From NCBI GenBank assembly GCA_964016885.1, contig OZ024742.1, positions 368,900,001 to 368,964,000 of the forward strand: a DNA stretch of 64,000 nt, given 5' to 3'. Each line of letters starts with the position of its first letter. The first letter of the stretch is position 1. The notes under the pieces are model-generated. The model was not told where the DNA came from. It saw only the letters and a list, made by a program, of their open reading frames with translations, and did not search any database. This document shows, piece by piece, positions 49,501-61,449 of the stretch. This DNA is from Eledone cirrhosa (lineage: Eukaryota). Both the position numbers and the translations under genes were made by a program.

Positions 49501-51560
49501 CACCCAGTCCACCCTGGAAGGTGGTAGTACAGGTGCCCTGACAAAGATCACCCAGTCCACCCTGGAAGGTGGTAGGACAGGTGCCCTGACAAAGATCACC
49601 CAGTCCACCCTGGAAGGTGGTAGTACAGGTGCCCTGACAAAGATCACCCAGTCCACCCTGGAAGGTGGTAGGACAGGTGCCCTGACAAAGATCACCCAGT
49701 CCACCCTGGAAGGTGGTAGTACAGGTGCCCTGACAAAGATCACCCAGTCCACCCTTGAAGGTGGTAGTACAGCTGCCCTGACAAAGATCACCCAGTCCAC
49801 CCTGGAAGGTGGTAGTACAGGTGCCCTGACAAAGATCACCCAGTCCACCCTGGAAGGTGGTAGTACAGGTGCCCTGACAAAGATCACCCAGTCCACCCTG
49901 GAAGGTGGTAGGACAGGTGCCCTGACAAAGATCACCCAGTCCACCCTGGAAGGTGGTAGTACAGGTGCCCTGACAAAGATCACCCAGTCCACCCTGGAAG
50001 GTGGTAGTACAGCTGCCCTGACAAAGATCACCCAGTCCACCCTGGAAGGTGGTAGGACAGCTGCCCTGACAAAGATCACCCAGTCCACCCTGGAAGGTGG
50101 TAGTACAGGTGCCCTGACAAAGATCACCCAGTCCACCCTGGAAGGTGGTAGGACAGGTGCCCTGACAAAGATCACCCAGTCCACCCTGGAAGGTGGTAGG
50201 ACAGCTGCCCTGACAAAGATCACCCAGTCCACCCTGGAAGGTGGTAGGACAGCTGCCCTGACAAAGATCACCCAGTCCACCCTGGAAGGTTGTAGTACAG
50301 GTGCCCTGACAAAGATCACCCAGTCCACCCTGGAAGGTGGTAGGACAGCAGCCCTGACAAAGATCACCCAGTCCACCCTGGAAGGTGGTAGGACAGCTGC
50401 CCTGACAAAGATCACCCAGTCCACCCTGGAAGGTGGTAGTACTGGTGCCCTGACAAAGATCACCCAGTCCACCCTGTAAAGTGGTAGGACAGGTGCCCTG
50501 ACAAAGATCACCCAGTCCACCCTGGAAGGTGGTAGGACAGCTGCCCTGACAAAGATCACCCAGTCCACCCTGGAAGGTGGTAGTACAGCAGCCCTGACAA
50601 AGATCACCCAGTCCACCCTGGAAGGTGGTAGGACAGCTGCCCTGACAAAGATCACCCAGTCCACCCTGGAAGGTGGTAGTACAGCTGCCCTGACAAAGAT
50701 CACCCAGTCCACCCTGGAAGGTGGTAGTACTGGTGCCCTGACAAAGATCACCCAGTCCACCCTGTAAAGTGGTAGGACAGGTGCCATGACAAAGATCACC
50801 CAGTCCACCCTGGAAGGTGGTAGGACAGCTGCCCTGACAAAGATCACCCAGTCCACCCTGGAAGGTGGTAGGACAGCTGCCCTGACAAAGATCACCCAGT
50901 CCACCCTGGAAGGTGGTAGTACTGGTGCCCTGACAAAGATCACCCAGTCCACCCTGTAAAGTGGTAGGACAGGTGCCCTGACAAAGATCACCCAGTCCAC
51001 CCTGGAAGGTGGTAGTACAGCTGCCCTGACAAAGATCACCCAGTCCACCCTGGAAGGTGGTAGGACAGGTGCCCTGACAAAGATCACCCAGTCCACCCTG
51101 TAAAGTGGTAGGACAGGTGCCATGACAAAGATCACCCAGTCCACCCTGGAAGGTGGTAGGACAGCTGCCCTGACAAAGATCACCCAGTCCACCCTGGAAG
51201 GTGGTAGTACAGCTGCCCTGACAAAGATCACCCAGTCCACCCTGGAAGGTGGTAGTACTGGTGCCCTGACAAAGATCACCCAGTCCACCCTGTAAAGTGG
51301 TAGGACAGGTGCCCTGACAAAGATCACCCAGTCCACCCTGGAAGGTGGTAGTACAGCTGCCCTGACAAAGATCACCCAGTCCACCCTGGAAGGTGGTAGG
51401 ACAGGTGCCCTGACAAAAATCACCCAGTCCACTCTGAAAGGTGGTAGGACAGGTGCCCTGACAAAGATCACCCAGTCCACCCTGTAAGGTGGTAGTACAG
51501 GTGCCCTGTCAAAGATCACCCAGTCCACCCTGTAAGGTGGTAGTACTGGTGCCATGATGA
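43510..51560. repeat. 48-bp satellite, about 168 copies, highly homogeneous
   Basis: Unit gtcca(c/t)cctggaaggtggtag(g/t)acag(g/c)tgccctgacaaagatcaccca. Confidence 0.98.
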
Positions 51561-51855
51561 AATGCACTATCTACCCTCTAATATGGTAGTGTTGGTGCCA
51601 AGGTGAAAATCACCCAGTCTACCTTGTAAGGTACTAGTGCAGGTGCCATGAAGAAAAGCACACCCTGTTCACCCTGTAAAGTGCTAGTGCCACATTGAAA
51701 AGTATCGAGTCCATACTAAAAGGTGGAAGTGCTGGTATCACAACAAAAAGCCTCTAGTTCCCGCTATAAGAGGGTTGTGCCAGAGTCAGAATAAAATGCT
51801 GCCAGTACACTGTATTATGGTTGGTATTAGGAAGGACATCCAACTGTAGAGACCA
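51560..51855 (+). mobile_element. decayed RTE-UTR module continuous with the 48-bp array
   Basis: Degenerate units (aaaatcacccagtctaccttgtaaggt, aaaagcacaccc..ctgtaaagtg) end in ggttggtattaggaaggacatccaactgtaga. Confidence 0.75.
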
Positions 51856-52307
51856 CGCTCCTTGTATATGCTATAAAGTGTTTGGTATTAGGAAGAGTTA
51901 CCAACCCAGCCAAAACCATCTCTGCTTCTATGAACAAAAATTCTCATTTTAAAGGGTTCCTATTTAAATTAAAATCCTCCAACAGAATAGAGAATAGGAC
52001 AGTTTACAGGACAGAGGAGACTGGAGAGGACACAGGATAGGACAAAAGACAGAACAGAGGACAAATGTCATAGGATGGGACCAGACAGGACAAAATAGAC
52101 AGATGAACAGATAGAAAAGATTGAAAAATAACGTAAATTTTTAAGTTGAGGGTAAAGACATTATATTCATAGATTATCAAGAAGTGATTAAACTTTTTTA
52201 GTAGAGACAGAGCAACTTTGAGGCTAAACAAGGTTAAAAAGACACTTCAATTGTGTTGAGACTTAAATCTAACAAATATCTCAAGTAAACAAACATTCAT
52301 ATATTAC

Positions 52308-52785
52308 ATATCATCACTGTTTAATGTTTATTTTCCATGGTTAGATGGGTTAACAAATACAGGTGACCACATCTTGCTCATACTTTCCTCTTCTAGTTTG
52401 GTTTCTATGGTTGATTACCCTTCCTAACATCCTATACAGGGAACATTTTATTGTAACTCCAGCACTACCACCTTATCAAGGGGATTGGGTGCTTTTTTTT
52501 CTACAGAGCAGACAGTAGTTTTCATTGTGACATTAGTGGTACTACTTTACAGTGTAGGCCTGGGTGCTTTTTACTGTGACCACATTACAGGATATGTGCT
52601 TCTTGTCATGGCATCAGAATTACCACTTTACACTCTGGGCTGTTTTGCTGACACACCAGCACTACCACTTTAATGGTTAGAATAGGAACTTTTTGTTGTG
52701 ACACCAGCACAACCGCTTTACAGTGTAAGTCATGTTTTGCTGTGAGACCCACACTACCACCTACACTAAACCAGCACTACATTCA
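52308..52785 (-). mobile_element. decayed RTE-tail element with several internal ~48-bp subrepeats
   Basis: cccttcctaacat is followed by repeated cagcactaccactttaca...tgggtgcttttt, the reverse complement of the module subrepeat. Confidence 0.6.
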
Positions 52786-53156
52786 TAGTAGACCAAAATC
52801 TCTACATAGTTATAAAAAGGGTTATAAATATAACTAAAATATTTCAGTCATACGTCATATACAAATAATTAAATGGAATTCTAATACAGACTAAACTATG
52901 TGGAAATAATGTATTTCTAAAAATGTTGACAGAGACAAAGGCAGAGAGTGAGAGAGAGAGACAAAGGCAGAGAGAGAGAAAGAGATAAAGGCAGAGAGAG
53001 ATTGTACACATGTATATTTGCATGCAATCAACTAAAATATACAAATATTTAAAATGATAATAATAATTAATTATTTAATTATTAAATAAAGAAATATTTT
53101 TTTTTTTAAGGGCAGTGGATTATCAGTAATTGGTAGTGTCAGACAAGATGTAGGTA

Positions 53157-53920
53157 TAGTAATAACAGTAATGATAACAGTAGTAATAACAGTAATGATA
53201 ACAGTAATAACAGTAATGATGACAGTAATAACAGTAACAATAACAGTAATAACAGTAATGATAACAGTAATAACAGTAATGATAACAGTAATAACAGTAA
53301 TGATAACAGTAATAACAGTATTGATAACAATATTAACAGTAACGATACCAGTAATAACAGTAATAATAACAGTAATAACAGCAATAACAATAATGATAAC
53401 AGTAATGATAACTAATAGTAATAACAGCAATAACAGTAATGATAACAGAAATAACAGTAATGATAACAGTAATAACAGTAATGATAACGGTAATAACAGT
53501 AATGATAACAGAAATAACAGTAATGATAACAGTAATAACAGTAACGATAACAGTATTAACAGTAACGATAACAGTAATAACAGTAACGATAACAGTATTA
53601 ACAGTAACGATAACAGTAATAACAGTAACGATAACAGTATTAACAGTAACGATACCAGTAATAACAGTAATGATAACAATAATGATAACAGTAATGATAA
53701 CATTAATACCAGTAATAACAGTAATGGTAACAGCAATAACAGTAATGGTAACAGTAATAACAGTAATGATAACAGTAATAACAGTAATGATAACAGTAAT
53801 AACAGTAATGATAACAGTAATAACAGTAATGATGACAGTAATAACAGTAATGATAAGAGTAATAATAACAGTAATGATAACGGTAATAACAGTAACGAGA
53901 ACAGTAATAACAGTAACGAT
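53157..53920. repeat. 9/12/21-bp minisatellite, left of the RTE
   Basis: Dominant unit aataacagtaatgataacagt. Confidence 0.93.
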
Positions 53921-56900
53921 GCAAGTTTATTTCGGCCGCGGATGGCTAACATAACCCCATCCCCCTCACCTCGCCCTACGGTTCCCACCCACTAAACGCA
54001 ATCCAAAACTTCAGAGTTGGTACCATGAATGTAGGCACCTTAAAAGGTCGCGCTAACGAGGTTGTAAAAATGCTCGAACGCAAGGAGGTTGATGTTTGCT
54101 GTATCCAAGAGACCAGGTGGAGGGATTGGTCTGCTAGATTTATTGTAGGTAAAGAACGATGCTATAAGCTTTTCTGGGTGGGAAATGACAATGGGCTGGG
54201 TGGGTAGGAATCATGCTAGCAGCAAAATGGGCAGATAAGAAAATAGATGTAAATAGAGTGAACGACAGAATAATTAAAATAAGACTTGACCTAAATAGAG
54301 CTACTGTGACAGTAATATCTGCGTATGCACCCCAATCCTGACTACCTGGCGCTATGAAAGACAGATTCTATGAGACACTGATGCTCGCTACCTCCCAAAT
54401 AACCGACAGTGACTACATAATTATCGCTGGCGACCTAAATGGTCACGTTGGACAACATTGTGACAGCTATGACGGAATCCATGGAGGCTATGGGTTTGGT
54501 ACTAGAAATGAGGAAGGCTCCAGAATCCTGGAATTCCGTGACGCAAATAACCTAACTATCTGTAACACTAACTTCAAAAAACGAGAATCACTTGATCACC
54601 TATAGATCGGGGGAACACGCCAGTCAGATAGATTATATCCTTACCAGAAGACGTGACAGAGTGTCTGTTGTAAACACTAAATCCCTCCCCCATGAAGAAT
54701 GCACCTCCCAACATACTCATAGTTAGCGACCTCATAGTCAGGATGAGACGTACTCGACAACAGAGGAGGACTATCCTCAGGAGAAAAATATGGAAGCTAA
54801 AGGACCCCACAGCCAGTAATAAGTTTAAAAGCATATTACTTGATGCTTTTGACAGTAAGGAAGAGCAATTAGAGTCGTACAATATAGAGGAACAGTGGGA
54901 ATTCCTGAAAGCTAACCTGCTGAGGGCAACAGATGAAATCTGTGGCTGGAGCAGACCTATAGGCAGGAGGAGAGTAACTTGGTGGTAGAACAGTAAGGTG
55001 GAGGAGTCAATTAAGGCCAAAAAGCAGGCTTGGAAAGAATGGCGGGATGGGGGAAGTAGAGAAGACTATCAAGTGGCTAGGAGACAAGTGTACTTCGCAA
55101 GAAGGGAAGCAGAGGAAAGAAAGTTCAAGCATGTTCTACAACGCGAGGACCAAAAACGTGAGGTGTTCAGGATTGCAAGGCAATGTGTTAAGGAAAACTG
55201 TGATATTGTCGGGGAGAAGTGTGTCCTTAATGATGATGGTGTACTTGCCATCACCGATGCTGATAAGCAGGTAGCTTGGAAGTGTCACTACGAAAGGCTA
55301 CTAAATGAGGAGAATAAATGGGAGAAAGACAGTCTCCCCCACATCGATCCAATAGAGGGACCAGCAGTGCAATATGAAGGTAGTATAATAAGTAAGGCAA
55401 TCAAAGATATGAAGACAGGCAAGACGGCTGGGCCTACGGAAATAGTTGCTGAAATGCTGAAAGCATCTGGAACGGTGGGACACACTATGGTCAGCCGGAT
55501 AGTAAACCAAGTCATACAGAATGGGGTCGTACTGAAGGACTGACGTAACAGCATCATCATTAACTGCTACAAGAGTAAAGGAGATGCCCTAGATAGGGGA
55601 AACTATAGAGGCATTAAATTAATTGACCAGGTCATGAAGGTCACAGAAAAAATAATAGCGCAACTAATCAGAGAGCGAATTGATCTAGATGAAATGCAGT
55701 TCGGGTTTGTGTCAGGTAAAAGTACCACAGACGCTCTTTTCATTGTACGACAACTACAGGAGAAGTACCTAGCTAAAAGTAAACCCCTATACTTAGCTTT
55801 TGTAGACTTGGAGAAAGCCTTTGACAGAGTCCCAAGAAAACTAGGTGTTGATGAATGGCTTGTGAGAGCTATACAAGCCATGTATAAAGAAACAGTCAGA
55901 ATGGTTAGAATTATCAACGAATATAGTGAAGAGTTTAGCGTAAAAGTTGGTGTTCATCAGGGCTCCGTCCTTAGCCCCCTACTATTTATTATTGCCCTTC
56001 AGGCTATAACAGAGGAGTTCAAGACCGGCTGCCCATGGGAACTCCTATACGCAGATGATCTAACGCTCATAGCTGAATCAATGGCTGAACTAGAGAAGAA
56101 ATTCCAAACATGGAAGCATGGCCTAGAACCAAAAGGCCTTAAAGTTAACTTGTCTAAGACTAAAGTTCTAGTTTGTAGGAAGGAAAATAGGGCACCGGTC
56201 CCATCAGGGAAATGGCCATGCTCAGTGTGTAGGAAAGGAGTAGGCAGAAACTCCATTTTGTGTCCCAAATGCAAAGTATGGGTGCATAAAAGATGTAGTG
56301 GGGTCACAGGTAAGCTAACTAAGAATATAGATTTTATGTGGCCGGTGCTCTGGTGCAATAAGTAGCAGCAAGTGCCCAGAGAATACTAGCTCATTCCATT
56401 GCACAGATGGTTCTATAGAAATAGTGGACACCGTCCGTTACTTGGGTGACAAAATCAGCAGTGGTGGAGGGTGCTCTGAAAGTACAGTAGCTAGAGTCAG
56501 AACTGGGTGAAAAAAGTTCAGAGAGCTTATACCACTATTGGCCGCTAAAGGGTTCTCTCTAAAAATGAAAGGCAGGTTGTATGATGCCTGCATACGAACA
56601 GTAATGTTGCATGGCAGTGAGACCTGGGCATTGTGTGCAGAGGATATACGCAGACTGGAGAGAAACGAAGCTTGCATGCTCTGCTGGATGTGTAATAGTA
56701 ATATACGTGAACGGCAAAGCATAAATTAACTAAGTGAGAAATTAGGAATGAGAGGGATCAGATGCTGTTTACTCGAGAGAAGACTATGTTGGTACGGTCA
56801 CGTGATGCGCATGAAAGACAGCTGTATAAAAAAGTGCAGGGTGATCAAAATAGACGGTAGCCACGGAGTAGGCAGACCCAGAAAAACCTGGGACGACTTG

Positions 56901-57379
56901 ATAAATTCCGACCTCACACACTTACACCTCTCCAAGACAATGTCACTGGACCGAGATCTTTGGTGTTACACAGTAATAAAGAAGACCCGCCTTACCTAAG
57001 TGAAAAGTGAAACCTACTACAGTCAGTAGGCACCTCTAACAAATTACACCCCCGTCCCACTACCCCCACCTCATCCACACCACCCCTTTCAATGTAAACT
57101 TATGTTGGTACCACAACATCCAGTCCGAAACAAATGAGGTTGTGTAGGTGTCACGACAAAAAAACACAGTCCAAACTGTAATGTGACCGTGTAGGTAACA
57201 CGGTAAAAACCTCCCAGTCCACACTGTAAACGTGGTTGGTGTTAGGAAGGGCATCCAGCTGTAGAAAACCCGCCAGACAGTCCTATGCGAGCAAGACAAC
57301 CACTCTTTCCTCAAGTGGGAAAACTCCCGTCCAGACCCATGCAAGCGTGGAAGATGGACGTTTAAACGATGATGATGAT
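53921..57379 (+). mobile_element. near-full-length RTE LINE, disrupted, with long 3'UTR
   Basis: APE (MNVGTL, IQETRW, GDLNGHVG), RT (FVDLEKAFD, QGSVLSPLLF, YADD), Cys/His finger and WYGHVMR, with many stops and frameshifts. The 3'UTR carries the GGAAGGGCATCC module and a (GAT)n tail. Confidence 0.95.
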
Positions 57380-59948
57380 AACAGTAACGATAACAGTAAT
57401 AATAACAGTAACGATAACAGTAACGATAACAGTAACGATAACAGTAACGATAACAGTAACGATAACAGTAACGATAACTAACGATAACAGTAATAATAAC
57501 AGTAATAATAACAGTAACGATAACAGTAATGATAACAGTAATGATAACAGTAATGATAACAGTAACGATAACAGTAATGATAACAGTAACGATAACAGTA
57601 ATGATAACAGTAACGATAACAGTAATAATAACAGTAACGATAACAGTAACAATAACAGTAACGATAACAGTAACAAATAACAGTCACGATAACAGTAATA
57701 ATAACAGTCACGATAACAGTAATAATAACAGTCACGATAACAGTAATAATAACAGTAATAATAACAGTAACGATAACAGTAACGATAACAGTAACGATAA
57801 CAGTAATAAAAGCAGTAATGATAACAGTAACGATAACAGTAATAATAACAGTAACGATAACAGTAACGATAACAGTAACGATAACAGTAACGATAACAGT
57901 AACGATAACAGTAATAATAACAGTAACGATAACAGTAATAATAACAGTAACGATAACAGTAATGATAACAGTAACGATAACAGTAACGATAACAGTAACG
58001 ATAACAGTAATAATAACAGTAACGATAACAGTAACGATAACAGTAACGATAACAGTAACGATAACAGTAATAATAACAGTCACGATAACAGTAATAATAA
58101 CAGTAACGATAACAGTAATAATAACAGTAACGATAACAGTAATGATAACAGTAACGATAACAGTAACGATAACAGTAACGATAACAGTAACAATAACAGT
58201 CACGATAACAGTAATAATAACAGTAACGATAACAGTAATAATAACAGTAACGATAACAGTAATGATAACAGTAACGATAACAGTAATAATAACAGTAACG
58301 ATAACTAATAATAACAGTAACGATAACAGTAATAATAACAGTAACGATAACAGTAATGATAACAGTAACAATAACAGTAATAATAACAGTAACGATAACA
58401 GTAACGATAACAGTAACGATAACAGTAACGATAACAGTAACGATAACAGTAACGATAACAGTAACAATAACAGTAACGATAACAGTAACGATAACAGTAA
58501 CGATAACAGTAACGATAACAGTAACGATAACAGTAACGATAACAGTAACGATAACAGAAACGATAACAGAAACGATAACAGTAACGATAACAGTAACGAT
58601 AACAGTAACGATAACAGTAACGATAACAGTAACGATAACAGTAACGATAACAGTAACGATAACAGTAACGATAACAGTAACGATAACAGTAACGATAACA
58701 GTAACGATAACAGTAACGATAACAGTAATAATAACAGTAATAATAACAGTCACGATAACAGTAACGATAACAGTAATAATAACAGTAACGATAACAGTAA
58801 CGATAACAGTAATAATAACAGTCACGATAACAGTAACGATAACAGTAATAATAACAGTAACGATAACAGTAAGGATAACAGTAAAGATAACAGTAACGAT
58901 AACAGTAACGATAACAGTAATAATAACAGTAACGATAACAGTAATAATAACAGTAACGATAACAGTAATAATAACAGTAACGATAACAGTAACGATAACA
59001 GTAACGATAACAGTAACGATAACAGTAATAATAACAGTAACGATAACAGTAACGATAACAGTAATAATAACAGTAACGATAACAGTAAGGATAACAGTAA
59101 AGATAACAGTAACGATAACAGTAATAATAACAGTAACGATAACAGTAACGATAACAGTAACGATAACAGTAACGATAACAGTAATAATAACAGTCACGAT
59201 AACAGTAATAATAACAGTAACGATAACAGTAACGATAACAGTAATAATAACAGTAACGATAACAGTAATAATAACAGTAACGATAACAGTAACGATAACA
59301 GTAACGATAACAGTAACGATAACAGTAATAATAACAGTAACGATAACAGTAACGATAACAGTAACGATAACAGTAATAATAACAGTAACGATAACAGTAA
59401 TAATAACAGTAACGATAACAGTAACGATAACAGTAACGATAACAGTAATAATAACAGTAACGATAACAGTAATAATAACAGTAACGATAACAGTAACGAT
59501 AACAGTAATGATAACAGTAACGATAACAGTAATGATAACAGTAACGATAACAGTAATAATAACAGTAACGATAACAGTAACGATAACAGTAACGATAACA
59601 GTAACGATAACAGTAATAATAACAGTCACGATAACAGTAATGATAACAGTAACGATAACAGTAATAATAACAGTCACGATAACAGTAACGATAACAGTAA
59701 TAATAACAGTAACGATAACAGTAATGATAACAGTAACGATAACAGTAACGATAACAGTAACGATAACAGTAACGATAACAGTAACGATAACAGTAATAAT
59801 AACAGTAACGATAACAGTAACGATAACAGTAATAATAAGTCACGATAACAGTAACGATAACAGTAATAATAACAGTAACGATAACAGTAATAATAACAGT
59901 CACGATAACAGTAACGATAACAGTAATTATTATTACAGTAATGATAAC
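57377..59948. repeat. 12-bp minisatellite, about 210 copies, right of the RTE
   Basis: Unit gataacagtaac, with aataacagtaac and gataacagtaat variants. Confidence 0.97.
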
Positions 59949-60012
59949 AAAAGCAATAAATGTCAACTAGGAACAGTTCCCTAATAGAGGTGTGGGGGGG
60001 GGAGAACTACGT

Positions 60013-60236
60013 TTAACCCTTTAGCACTTAAACCGGCCGTATGCGGCCAGAATTATCTCACCTCTTTCTGTTCAAACTGGCCATAACTGACCCCTCATAC
60101 TGATGTTAAGGTATTGTTCTCAAAATAAATATCAAAAACTCAGATTTGATATTATGTGAGATAATTATGAGGGAGAAAGCTTTTACAACAAAAATACAGT
60201 AGTATATATAGAGTAATGTAAATGGTAATGGGTTAA
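60013..60236 (+). mobile_element. piggyBac-like (TTAA) MITE, family B
   Basis: ttaa-ccctttagc...gtaatggg-ttaa; paralog at 4739-4967. Confidence 0.72.
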
Positions 60237-60272
60237 GGGCTGGTCCAACCTCTCCTATTGGAGAAATGTTCT

Positions 60273-60708
60273 TACTCTTGAATCTTGAATAATCGCCACC
60301 TCACCCCACCCCTTATTAATTTTTCAGTTTTTTTCCACACCCCCACTCTTATCCCACTCCACCACCACCACACTCTTATCCCACCCCACCACCAGCCTGC
60401 TCTTATCCCACCCCCACCACCACCCCACTTATTAACTTTTGCTAATCTATCTCCAGTGAAATTTTATTTTAAGTTGTAGCATCCCTGCAACAATCAATTT
60501 TTCTTTATACATTAAAAAACATACATGACAAAAAAGAAATTCCATATGTTATAAAATAACTAAGATGGGTTGGGGTCTCAATAGGTAAACTAAATGACTA
60601 ATTCTGTTTTTTAAAAAAATCAAGACAACCTAGAAGAATTACAAATTTTGCATTCCCAAACCCCTTATTCCACCTCACCAACCCCCTATTATTTTGGACT
60701 TGGGAGTA
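60273..60708. mobile_element. possible TA-flanked MITE
   Basis: The left end tactcttgaatcttgaataat resembles the reverse complement of the right end (tactcccaagtccaaaataat). Internal cttatt/cttatccc subrepeats. Confidence 0.4.
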
Positions 60709-61208
60709 ATTTAATAATAATAATTTCTTCATTTATATTTTTTTTGTTGATTTCATATAAAATAATTGTTTATTTTTAGCACAAGGCCAGCAATTACTCA
60801 GTACATTACTGGTACTTTATTTATTGGGTGTTTTAATAATAGCCCCCCCCCCCCTTCTATCATGAACTGCAATGTGAAATAAAACGTCATGTTCAAGAAC
60901 ACAATATTCCACCCTTCCAGGAAGCAAACCTACAGTCATGTTACACATTTTACCACTGTTCTGTTTCCCATCAAATCTGCCGCCCCACTACAAAGTAATG
61001 ACTACTTAGATCAAAAGAAGGTCACACATTTTTGAAAAGGGTGAAGATGATTTAATAAGCTGAGTACTTTGCAGTGAGTGACTTTATCAAGACGAGAAGG
61101 CTGAAAGATAAAGCTATAGCCCGGTGGTATTTCAATGAGGAACATAAAGGGTATACTAAATACCACCAGTTATTTTAGTCTGACACTATTGTTTCTCATA
61201 ATAATAAT

Positions 61209-61391
61209 TTTCTACTTTAGGCACAAGGCCAGCAATTACCCAGTGCATTACTGGTACTTTATTTTATCGACCCCGTAAGGATGAAAGGCAAAGTGAACCT
61301 CGGCGGGATTTGAACTCAGATCGTAAAGGGACGTAACTATGCTGGAAAGCATGGCGTCCGACCCTCTACCGATACTGCCAATCCACCGCAA
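61209..61391 (-). mobile_element. SINE family 1, full length, with flanking direct repeat
   Basis: Intact A/B boxes and core. tttctcataataataat occurs at 61192-61208 and 61392-61408; this TSD overlaps the ATT tail. Confidence 0.9.
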
Positions 61392-61449
61392 TTTCTCATA
61401 ATAATAATGGTTTCTAAAATTATCACAAGTTCACAAATTTGTGGAAAAG

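Noticed and set aside
43464-51567. ORFs of 450-1450 aa (CQGTCPTTFQGGLGDL, VDWVIFVRAPVLPPSR and TKITQSTLEGG repeats)
   Set aside because: A 48-bp unit is stop-free in several frames on both strands. 47-bp units shift the frame freely, and the array grades into a TE UTR module, so this is not a Cys-rich repeat protein.
53071-59984. Asn/Asp/Ser- and Ile/Thr/Val-rich long ORFs
   Set aside because: Translations of the 9/12/21-bp arrays.
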